42,147 nucleotides of DNA from a virus. The position numbers and the translations under genes are program-made. The notes beneath the pieces are model-generated. The model worked only from the letters and a program-made list of their open reading frames with translations, did not search any database and had not been told where the DNA came from. The stretch covers positions 1 through 42,147 of the IMG/VR virus record IMGVR_UViG_3300045988_041214. One strand, given 5' to 3'. Shown here one piece after another: positions 14,758 to 23,091 of this stretch (the first letter of the stretch is position 1; each line of letters begins with the position of its first letter).

Positions 14758-16371
14758 ATGGCGGCTGAGGATCTGGAGGTTTTCGGCGCCATCGACGATG
14801 AGAGGCATGGCGTGACCTTGCCGCGTATCTTCACGCCGTCGTTGCGCCCGTTGACCAAGGAGACGAGCAATGGTTTCGCGGTGATCGCATTCGCGGAGAT
14901 CATGCTGCACGTGCATCTCTATCCGTGGCAGCAGTGGCTACTCGTCCATGCTTTGGAATTGCTGGAGGACGGCAGCTATCGCTTCCGCAAGGTCATCGTG
15001 CTTGTGGCCCGCCAGAATGGCAAGACAACGCTTATGGGCGTGCTTGCCGCGTGGTGGCTGTTCGTGGATTCCAACAAGCATCCCGACCGAGTGCCGCCCG
15101 TGAAATTCCTCGTGGTCGGCGCCGCGCAGACATTGGACAACGCGAAAGGCCCTTACAATCAGGTCAAGGAGTGGTGCAATCCTCAGCCTTCGACCGATGA
15201 GGAAGCGGATCTGGTGATTCCGGATCTCGCTGCGATGACGCAGAAATTCGTCAACACTAACGGCGAGGAGGCGATCATCACCCGCTCGAAGGCGCGGTAT
15301 ATCGTCCGTGCCGACAAGAACATTCGAGCAAAATCAGCTGCCCGTGTCGTGTTCGACGAGCTGCGTGAGCAGCATACGGACGATGGCTGGAATGCCGTGT
15401 CGCAGACCACGAAGGCAGTCTGGTCGAGCCAATTATGGGGCATTTCCAACGCTGGCGATTATAGGTCTGTGGCGTTGCGCAAGCAGGTGGACAAGGGCCG
15501 CAAGCTTGTTGACGAGTGGACGCGTCTGAGCGCCGACGGTGGCAATCCGGCCGACGTGTTCCTGTCCGGCGAGCAGGACGGCTCTTTCGGATATTTCGAG
15601 TGGTCTGCGCCTGACAAGTGTCCGGTGGATGACGCCGACGCTATTCGCCAGGCGAATCCGTCGCTTGGCTACGGGCCGATGACCGTCATGTCGGTTCGGT
15701 CCGATATTGACGGCATGACCGAGGCGGCGTTCCGCACCGAGGTTCTGTGCCAGTGGGTCACGGCTGACATCATTCCTTTCATCAGCCCGAAAATGTGGGC
15801 CAGCGGCATCGACTCGCGTTCCACGATACCGGACGGCAATCGCGTCGTACTGTCCGTGGACACGTCGGCTGACCGTAAGACCACGTATGTGGCCGCTGCC
15901 GGCATTCGTGCGGACGGGTTGCCTCATGTTGAGCTGATCGCTCGCCGTGACGGCATGCTGTGGGTGCCGCATTATCTTGACCTGCTCCAGGAGCGTTGGC
16001 CGCACATCACGGAGATCGCCGTGCAGGGCAAGGGATGTCCGGCCGTGGACTTCATCGACCCGCTCACCGAAAAAGGGTGGACGGTGCATCTCATCGAAGG
16101 CTTCCGTCTGGGCGCGTGCTGCGGTCGTTTCCATGACCGTGTGCGTGAGGGGAAGCTGCGGCATCTTCCGCAGCCTGCCATCGAACAGCAGGTGAGTGTG
16201 GCCGTGTCCCGTAGGCTCGGCGAGGTCGAGGTGTGGGACAGGACAAAATCAGCATTGCAGATTTCCGGCTTGGTTGCCGAATCGCAGGCGCTATATGCCT
16301 TGGAGACCATGCAAGTCGAAGCGGAGACACCGAAATATGCGCCGAGCGTGACTCATTTCGCAGTCGTATGA
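14758..16371 (+). CDS. terL: Terminase large subunit
   Basis: Walker A-like VARQNGKTT, LYPWQQW entry motif, size of 537 aa and position. Confidence 0.9.
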   Translation: MAAEDLEVFGAIDDERHGVTLPRIFTPSLRPLTKETSNGFAVIAFAEIMLHVHLYPWQQWLLVHALELLEDGSYRFRKVIVLVARQNGKTTLMGVLAAWWLFVDSNKHPDRVPPVKFLVVGAAQTLDNAKGPYNQVKEWCNPQPSTDEEADLVIPDLAAMTQKFVNTNGEEAIITRSKARYIVRADKNIRAKSAARVVFDELREQHTDDGWNAVSQTTKAVWSSQLWGISNAGDYRSVALRKQVDKGRKLVDEWTRLSADGGNPADVFLSGEQDGSFGYFEWSAPDKCPVDDADAIRQANPSLGYGPMTVMSVRSDIDGMTEAAFRTEVLCQWVTADIIPFISPKMWASGIDSRSTIPDGNRVVLSVDTSADRKTTYVAAAGIRADGLPHVELIARRDGMLWVPHYLDLLQERWPHITEIAVQGKGCPAVDFIDPLTEKGWTVHLIEGFRLGACCGRFHDRVREGKLRHLPQPAIEQQVSVAVSRRLGEVEVWDRTKSALQISGLVAESQALYALETMQVEAETPKYAPSVTHFAVV

Positions 16372-16388
16372 CCCAGTGAGGAGGTTTC

Positions 16389-17672
16389 ATGGGGTTCTTT
16401 TCCAGATGGCTCAAGAAAAGCCCGGTATCCGTGGCCCAGAAGTTCTCCGAATCGCCAGTCAACATTTCGCAGGTCACGCAGCTGCCGATCGATTGGTTCG
16501 GCGCCGGAGTCTACGAGCGAGAGGCGGCGGTGCGCACCGTCATCGACCATATCGCGCGGAATATCGCCAGCATGCCGTTCAAGGTCTACACGCGCCAGCC
16601 TGACGGTGACCGTGCGGAGGACACGACAAGCCCTTTGGCGCAGTTGATGGCAAAGCCGAGCGTTCTTCCTGGCATGACACGCTACCGATTCTTCTACTCG
16701 CTGCTCTGCGATGGCCTGCTCAATGACCGTTGGCTGTGCCTGCTCGATGCCGACAAGCAGTCCGGCCGACTGTGGTTGCGGCGTATTCCGGTGCAGAATT
16801 TCACTCTTTCCGGCAACACTCTTGATGAGATCACCGGCGTGCAGATCAGTACCGGACAGCCGGAAGGAAGCCAGTATTTCAAACTGCCAGACCCGCAGAT
16901 TCTGCTGGATGTGGGCTATAGCACGTCCGGCATCGGCGGTTCTCCCGTGTCCGGCACTCTCGCCCCGCTTCTGGCGGAGGCGCGTGAGATGGCCGAATAT
17001 CGTCGTGCGATTGCCAAGAACGGCGGTCAGATTCCGGCGTACATCTCCCGTCCGAAGGAGATGCCGTGGCCCTCGCAGGAGGCGCAGGACGAATTTGTGC
17101 AGGGCATGCGCAATTACAAGTCCGGCGGGAATCTTGCCGGTGGCTGGCCGCTGCTCAACGACGGCATGGAAATCAAGACCGTGGACGCCTTCAAACCGAT
17201 CGACATGCAGGACATCGACGCGAGGGACAAGATTCGCATAGACGTGGCCAACGCATTCCACATCGCGCCAGAAAATCTAGGCTTCCGCAGCGGCACGAAT
17301 TCCAACATCGGAGCCTTCAAGGAGCAGATGTGGAACGTGGAGTTGATGCCGTACATCGTGGCTTTCGAACAGTCGCTCAATTTGCTGCTGCCAGACGCGC
17401 TCGGCCAGCCTGACGCCTACATCGAAGCGAACGTTGACGCGAAGCTGCGCGGAACGTTCTCCGAACAGTATCAGGCGCTCAGCACGGCCACTGGGCGTAG
17501 TTTCATGACCACGAACGAGGCACGGCGCATCCTCAACTATCCGAAGCTTGATGGTGGCGACGAATTGGTGACGCCACTGAACGTGGCGACCGGCGGACAG
17601 CCCAGCCCGCAGGATGGCGGCAGGACGCAGAACGCGCAACAGAACAATCCAGTGAACGGAGAAGGACAGTGA
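16389..17672 (+). CDS. Portal protein (HK97 family)
   Basis: 427 aa following terL. RBS GAGGAGG. Confidence 0.85.
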   Translation: MGFFSRWLKKSPVSVAQKFSESPVNISQVTQLPIDWFGAGVYEREAAVRTVIDHIARNIASMPFKVYTRQPDGDRAEDTTSPLAQLMAKPSVLPGMTRYRFFYSLLCDGLLNDRWLCLLDADKQSGRLWLRRIPVQNFTLSGNTLDEITGVQISTGQPEGSQYFKLPDPQILLDVGYSTSGIGGSPVSGTLAPLLAEAREMAEYRRAIAKNGGQIPAYISRPKEMPWPSQEAQDEFVQGMRNYKSGGNLAGGWPLLNDGMEIKTVDAFKPIDMQDIDARDKIRIDVANAFHIAPENLGFRSGTNSNIGAFKEQMWNVELMPYIVAFEQSLNLLLPDALGQPDAYIEANVDAKLRGTFSEQYQALSTATGRSFMTTNEARRILNYPKLDGGDELVTPLNVATGGQPSPQDGGRTQNAQQNNPVNGEGQ

Positions 17673-18439
17673 ATCTCAAACAGCTCAGATTCAACGTGAA
17701 ATCCTTGGACGATTCCGCAGGCGAAGGCGTCTTCAGCGGCTACGCCAGCACTTTCGGCAACAAGGACCTGCAGGGCGACGTGATCGCCAAGGGCGCTTTC
17801 GCGGAGACCTTGGAGAAGGACTACGCCGGCGGAGCCGGCATCCCGATCCATTGGAACCATCAGGACGGCAAGCCGACCGACATCATCGGACGCACCTTGA
17901 GTGCCGTCGAGGACGAGAAGGGCCTGCTCATCTCGGCACAGCTTGATATCGAGGATAATCCGACCGCACAGCAGGCTTACGACCTGCTCAAGGATGGCAG
18001 GGTTCATCAGATGAGCATCGGCTTCGTGCCGACGAAGACCGCTTGGATCACGGAAAAGGGCGACGGCCCGTGGGGTGGCCATTCCGAATTCCAGCAGATC
18101 AAGCTTTTCGAGATCAGCGTGGTGCCGGTGGCCGCGAACCAGCAGGCCGAGATTCTGGCCGTGAAGTCAGGTCGCGCCATCAGCTCCGCCAATGAGGAGA
18201 AGCTTCGTGCCGCATTGGCGTCGCTGAACGAGGTGTTGGAAGGCATTGATTCCGACAATTCCAGCGCTTCCGACGAAGATAAGCCGGATGATTCCAAGAC
18301 CGGCGAGAAAAAGGATGACAAGAAGCTTGCCCCTGATAAGGGTAGGGACGCGGAGGCCGAGAAGGCCGAGCGTCTGAATGTAATCAAATCCGCCCGTGAA
18401 CTGGTCACTGGCGGCAAGGACAACAAGGAGACCAAATGA
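17669..18439 (+). CDS. Prohead (maturation) protease, HK97 family
   Basis: GYASTFGNKDLQGDVIAKGAF N-terminal signature. Lies between portal and capsid. Confidence 0.85.
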   Translation: MNLKQLRFNVKSLDDSAGEGVFSGYASTFGNKDLQGDVIAKGAFAETLEKDYAGGAGIPIHWNHQDGKPTDIIGRTLSAVEDEKGLLISAQLDIEDNPTAQQAYDLLKDGRVHQMSIGFVPTKTAWITEKGDGPWGGHSEFQQIKLFEISVVPVAANQQAEILAVKSGRAISSANEEKLRAALASLNEVLEGIDSDNSSASDEDKPDDSKTGEKKDDKKLAPDKGRDAEAEKAERLNVIKSARELVTGGKDNKETK

Positions 18440-19641
18440 GTTTCAATGATCGTCTCGCCAAGACCAAGGCCGCCATCGAAGCGGTGCTGGCCAAGGGCGA
18501 GGATAATCTCGACGCTTCCGACATCGAGAAGCTGAAGGGGCTGAACGCCGAGGCGCACGAATTGCAGGATTCCATCGAAACGTTGGATGCGGTGCATAAG
18601 CGTTTCGCGGGATTGACCGACAATCTGGCGGACACCCAGAAGAGCGGAGCCGCATCCGGCGAGTCTCTTGGCGATTTCGTCGTGAAGAACATCGGCGAAC
18701 AGCTGGCGAAGATGAAGGGAGTGTCGGGAGCGTCAATCGCAGCACCGGAATGGGCTCCGCGCCGCAAGGCCAACACTGACACGCAGGTTACCGGAGGCCC
18801 GTCCGGCGTGTACGGCTCCCTGCTGACCTACGTGGACCCGAATTTCGTCCAGGCTTACCGTCGTCCGACCATCACCAACCTGTTCGGTGTCGGCGCGATG
18901 AGCGGACAGGCCATCATCTACTACGTGGAAGGCGAAAAGGAAGGCGATTTCGAAACCGTCGGCGAAGGCGAGGAATTCAGCCAGATCCATTACGCGGACG
19001 CGACAGAGCACACCGACGCTTTGTCCACAATCGCTGGATTCATTAAGGAGTCCAACGACATGATCACCGACCTTGAATTCCTGAAGTCCGACATCGATGG
19101 ACGTCTGCTCTACGATTTGAGCATCGTCGAGGAGAAGCAGCTGCTCAAGGGCGATGGCACCGGCAAGAACATCAAGGGCCTGCTGAATCGTGAAGGAATC
19201 CAGTCATACACCGCTACCGACGCTGGCAATGACGTTGCCGTCCTGCACGCGCAGTCGATGATCTCCACCACGACCGGCATGATGCCGGATGCCCTTGTCA
19301 TCAATCCGACAGACTATGAGGCCATTCGATTGAAGAAGGACAATGATGGCAATTTCATCGGCGGTGGACCGTTCTATGGCGTGAATGGTGGCGCGCTGAC
19401 CATCACTCCGCGCCTCTGGGGTCTGGACACCGTGGTGACTCCCGCTGTCGACGCCGGCACAGCCATCGTCGGCTCCTTTAAGGGCGCTGCCACCTTCTAT
19501 CGCAAGGGCGGTGTGACGGTTGAGGCCACCAATTCCAATGACACCGACTTCATCTCCGATCTGGTGACCATCCGCGCCAAGGAGCGTGTGGCTTTGGCCG
19601 TGCGCAAGCCGAAGGCTTTCGTCAAGCTGACCCTTAAGTAA
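18436..19641 (+). CDS. Major capsid protein (HK97 fold)
   Basis: 401 aa with an N-terminal coiled delta-like region, following the protease. Confidence 0.85.
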   Translation: MSFNDRLAKTKAAIEAVLAKGEDNLDASDIEKLKGLNAEAHELQDSIETLDAVHKRFAGLTDNLADTQKSGAASGESLGDFVVKNIGEQLAKMKGVSGASIAAPEWAPRRKANTDTQVTGGPSGVYGSLLTYVDPNFVQAYRRPTITNLFGVGAMSGQAIIYYVEGEKEGDFETVGEGEEFSQIHYADATEHTDALSTIAGFIKESNDMITDLEFLKSDIDGRLLYDLSIVEEKQLLKGDGTGKNIKGLLNREGIQSYTATDAGNDVAVLHAQSMISTTTGMMPDALVINPTDYEAIRLKKDNDGNFIGGGPFYGVNGGALTITPRLWGLDTVVTPAVDAGTAIVGSFKGAATFYRKGGVTVEATNSNDTDFISDLVTIRAKERVALAVRKPKAFVKLTLK

Positions 19642-19652
19642 GGAGACGTGAT

Positions 19653-19883
19653 ATGGCTCGACAGTTTCGAGTGATTCCAGCCTCGGCGGCGAAACTTGAC
19701 CCGAATGCCAACGTGGCCGATGTGGTCTTCGTCGGGGGCAACGGCAAGCCGACCGATATTGGCAGCGCTGCAGTGAAGCCTGCAACGCATGTGGCTTTGG
19801 CCGCCGGCGACACGCCAACCAAGAGCGAATTCGACGCCCTGGTCAATTCCCTGATTGCGGCTGGCCTGATGGCCGCAGAGTAA
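19653..19883 (+). CDS. Small head-associated protein (hypothetical)
   Basis: 76-aa ORF directly after the capsid gene. Confidence 0.55.
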   Translation: MARQFRVIPASAAKLDPNANVADVVFVGGNGKPTDIGSAAVKPATHVALAAGDTPTKSEFDALVNSLIAAGLMAAE

Positions 19884-19897
19884 GCGTGGAGGTCGGC

Positions 19898-20413
19898 ATG
19901 ATTGATGTGAATGTGATTCCTGACATGATTGCCGACCCTTCGGCTTTCGAGGATGATGCCGCCTTCCGGCTCAGGGCCGCGCAGGCGGCCATCCGCCGTG
20001 AGTGTGGCTGGCATGTCATGCCGAACACGGCGCTTAGCGGTGTGATTAACACTCGTGGTGGTTCGGTGATTCGTTTGCCCGCCCGTCATGTGACGAGCAT
20101 CGAATCCTTGACCGACCGTGATGGCAACAAGCTGGCTTATGCCTATGATCCTGAGACTGGTCTTGTGGAGTCCTTGTCTGGCGGCTTTCCCGCTGGCATT
20201 GCGGCCATCCGCTACGAGATTCACGCGGGATACGATGACGCGCCGGACGTGCAGTCGGTGCTTATCAGCGCCGCGAAGCGTGCCGGCATGAGTCCGCTTG
20301 GGCTTATCACCTCGCAGTCAACGAATGGCAGCAGCGCAAGCTTCGACGTGGTGTCGCTCATGCAGGCCGAGAAGGACAAGCTCAAACCCTACAAGCTGGG
20401 AGGCTTGCCATGA
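19898..20413 (+). CDS. Head-tail connector (gp6-like)
   Basis: By position. ATG at 19898 preceded by GGAGG. Confidence 0.6.
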   Translation: MIDVNVIPDMIADPSAFEDDAAFRLRAAQAAIRRECGWHVMPNTALSGVINTRGGSVIRLPARHVTSIESLTDRDGNKLAYAYDPETGLVESLSGGFPAGIAAIRYEIHAGYDDAPDVQSVLISAAKRAGMSPLGLITSQSTNGSSASFDVVSLMQAEKDKLKPYKLGGLP

Positions 20414-20805
20414 GCCTGCTTGACGATTTGAACACCACTGGTGGCGGCTGGCACATGCCCGGAGCGACAAAGTGGAAGCGGCTTCGTGCGAAAAAGGTCA
20501 TGGACCGGTATTCGGGCGAGTTGACTGGTGAAGATTGGGATCACCCGGACGTGCTGGAATTCAATGGCTCGCTGGCAAGTTCCAGCAGCATGAGGACTCC
20601 TGATGCGCTTCGTGAGGAGACTACGAGCACGGCCTACCTCACCTCGCCTGAACTGTCTTTGGATGTGATGCCTGGTGATCGTATCAAGGCCATGCCGGAT
20701 GACGGCAGGTGTTGGGAGGTGTCCGGCTATCCGTCGCGTGATGCCAATGCTTTCACTTCGTGGCAGCCGACGATTGAGATTCCACTATCCGAGTACAGGG
20801 GGTGA
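20410..20805 (+). CDS. Head closure/head-tail adaptor protein
   Basis: Position and ATGA coupling. Confidence 0.6.
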   Translation: MSLLDDLNTTGGGWHMPGATKWKRLRAKKVMDRYSGELTGEDWDHPDVLEFNGSLASSSSMRTPDALREETTSTAYLTSPELSLDVMPGDRIKAMPDDGRCWEVSGYPSRDANAFTSWQPTIEIPLSEYRG

Positions 20806-21089
20806 TGGTTTTGGGTGTGATGGTCAAATTCAACGATCGATATTTCGATGAGTTGATGAATTCGGCTGGCGTCAAGGCCATGACCCGCAGGGCGGCCGAA
20901 AAGACCTTGGAATATGCGAAGTCTCACGCTCCCGTAGACACCGGCGCATACCGTGACGGCCTCCAGATCGAGGAGGTCAAGCATGCTCACCGTACCACCT
21001 GCATGGTGGTCGGCACCGATCCGAAGACTCTGCTCGTGGAGTCGCGGACCGGCAATCTCCGCAAGGCGCTCAAGGCTGGCAAGTCATGA
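20802..21089 (+). CDS. HK97 gp10-like neck/tail-completion protein
   Basis: Contains KTLEYAKSHAPVDTGAYRDGL, the gp10-family pattern. Confidence 0.65.
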   Translation: MMVLGVMVKFNDRYFDELMNSAGVKAMTRRAAEKTLEYAKSHAPVDTGAYRDGLQIEEVKHAHRTTCMVVGTDPKTLLVESRTGNLRKALKAGKS

Positions 21090-21505
21090 CGGCAGTGCTA
21101 CCACCAGACCTCGAAACATGGCTGTGCGCTTACCTCCGTGGCAAGCTGAAGCCCTCCTTCGGCAAGATTCTCGTGCACATTCGAGAGCCGGACGATTACG
21201 ACGGCTCATTTCCGCTTGTGGTCGTGCGTGACGATGGCGGCAGCCAGTCCAATCGCGTGCTCTTCGACCGCAGCATTGGTATCACCGTGCGTTATGGCAG
21301 TCGGTCCACTCCGGGGCCTTGCCGTGATCTGGCGGCTCGAATCTACGGCCTGCTCACCGACCCGGCGATTTGCTCGCTTGATGGTTCGCCGATCGCGGCA
21401 GTCGAGGAGGACGGGTGCAATGGCCCGTATTTCGTGGCCGAGGACGCGAACATCGCCAGATGCTATCTGACTCTCGAATTCTCCGCTATTGGAAAATTCC
21501 AATAA
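21086..21505 (+). CDS. Tail terminator-like protein
   Basis: Position before the tail tube gene. Confidence 0.55.
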   Translation: MTAVLPPDLETWLCAYLRGKLKPSFGKILVHIREPDDYDGSFPLVVVRDDGGSQSNRVLFDRSIGITVRYGSRSTPGPCRDLAARIYGLLTDPAICSLDGSPIAAVEEDGCNGPYFVAEDANIARCYLTLEFSAIGKFQ

Positions 21506-21526
21506 TTCAATAATTCTTAATTTTTA

Positions 21527-21557
21527 GGCGTTGAAACGTTTGTTTCAGCGCCTTTTT
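21527..21557 (+). terminator. Hairpin plus T-run upstream of the tail tube gene
   Basis: GGCGTTGAAAC-gttt-GTTTCAGCGCC followed by TTTTT. Confidence 0.5.
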
Positions 21558-21574
21558 GTTTGAAAGGACAAAAT

Positions 21575-22228
21575 ATGGCAGCTGATTCAGCAGGCAATGA
21601 CCTGAGCGCCGCGAAGATCGTGGTGACAAGCGCATACCGTTTCGCCCCCTATGACGCGACTCAGAAGCTGACCGCCGATCTCATCGCGCCGACCGTGGCC
21701 GACGTGAAGACCGGCTTGGACAAGATTTTCACCAAGGGCGGCTTCGTCGGCCTTATCACCGAGGATGGTGCCCCGCAGGACAGCCGTGACGCCGATGATG
21801 CGATCAAATTCCACCAGCCAGGCTATTCGATCAACGGCAAGGCGTCGCTGACCGAGCAGTTCACCGTGGCCGAGGATAACGACATCACACGCAAGATGAC
21901 GATCGGCACGCCGGACTCCAGTGGCGTGTATCACGTGACCGATGTGATTCAGGATGGCAAGTGGTTCTGCTACAAGGAGACCGTTTTTAAAAACGGCACG
22001 CATCGCCGTCGTCTGGGTGTCGTGAATCTGACCGGCAACGAGCAGGGTCAGGATACTTCCGGCAAAAACACCGGTGACGCTTGGACCATCGAATGGATTC
22101 AGGACGACGCCTGCGATTCCGGCGCCTCGAAGTACCTGCAGTCCTTCGTGACGCCGAAGGCTTCGTCCGATTCTCATGCAACCGATCATCAGGCTGATGA
22201 TTCCGAGTCTCAGCCGGTCACCGACTGA
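21575..22228 (+). CDS. Major tail (tube) protein
   Basis: RBS GAAAGGA before the ATG at 21575. Lies upstream of the G/GT chaperone pair. Confidence 0.75.
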   Translation: MAADSAGNDLSAAKIVVTSAYRFAPYDATQKLTADLIAPTVADVKTGLDKIFTKGGFVGLITEDGAPQDSRDADDAIKFHQPGYSINGKASLTEQFTVAEDNDITRKMTIGTPDSSGVYHVTDVIQDGKWFCYKETVFKNGTHRRRLGVVNLTGNEQGQDTSGKNTGDAWTIEWIQDDACDSGASKYLQSFVTPKASSDSHATDHQADDSESQPVTD

Positions 22229-22343
22229 CATTGACTCTTCCCTGCACATGTTTCTTTCTTCCTTTCTTCGCATGTGCTGGGATTCTTCCTCTTCATCCAG
22301 TGAAGCAAAGGAAAAATTTTTAGTCGTTTGAAAGAAGGAAGAA

Positions 22344-22763
22344 ATGACCAAGAACGTGATGCCCTCCGCCGCCGATTTCGACGCCTGGACTCAGGAGGAC
22401 GAGGAGAAGGCGCTTGAAGCGTCGGCCAAGCGGATGAAGGTGAAGCACCTCATCAAGGACGACAGCGTATGGTTCCTCGCACCGCACGGCCACATTTACA
22501 AGCTGCCTCTGAATCTCAGCATCGATGATTTCGTGCGCCTGTCCGACCTGCAGTCCAACACGGAGCAGATCCAGACGTTGAAGGATATTCTCGCGGCTTT
22601 CGCTGGCGAGGATGCGGCCAAGGAGCTGGCGAAGGAGCCGGCAATGGTCCCATTCAACATCCTCAACGATTACGGCGAGCTGCTTGCGAAGATTCAGGGC
22701 GTGGAATTGGGAAAATCGTCGGCTTCTGCCAGCTCCTCCAAGGAGAAGACGGCAGTCGAATAA
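22344..22763 (+). CDS. Tail assembly chaperone (G-type, zero-frame product)
   Basis: 139-aa acidic protein directly upstream of the tape measure gene. Contains the slippery heptamer. Confidence 0.8.
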   Translation: MTKNVMPSAADFDAWTQEDEEKALEASAKRMKVKHLIKDDSVWFLAPHGHIYKLPLNLSIDDFVRLSDLQSNTEQIQTLKDILAAFAGEDAAKELAKEPAMVPFNILNDYGELLAKIQGVELGKSSASASSSKEKTAVE

Positions 22764-23080
22764 GGGCCGATTTCGCGGCTCGCGGGTGGAGTCTGCAGGC
22801 CGATTTGGGCGGCAGACTCCGCTACTGCGACGCGATCGCATTGTGGGAAAATCTCTCGGCTGACCCGAGCAGTTACACCGGTATGACTGCGGTGCATATG
22901 GTGCTGCCGATGGATGCGACGGCTATCATCACCGCGATTCAGGCGGGCGGCACGTCGATTCTTGGTGACCTCGCGCCGGAAAAGGTTGGGAAGAAGCATG
23001 TCGAGGTGACCGATGAGGAGCGTCGTGAGGCTTTGGCGTCGATGAGCAGCATCTTCGGCTTCAAAAAAACAAGTGAATAG
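22344..23080 (+). CDS. Tail assembly chaperone -1 frameshift fusion (GT-type): 22344..22715 joined to 22715..23080
   Basis: G GGA AAA at 22709-22715 is in the correct zero-frame register. The -1 frame is open from there to 23080. Confidence 0.7.
22709..22715 (+). promoter_or_regulatory. -1 programmed ribosomal frameshift slippery site G_GGA_AAA
   Basis: Register checked against the ORF frame (L-G-K-S). Confidence 0.7.
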
Positions 23081-23091
23081 AGGAGGCTGTC

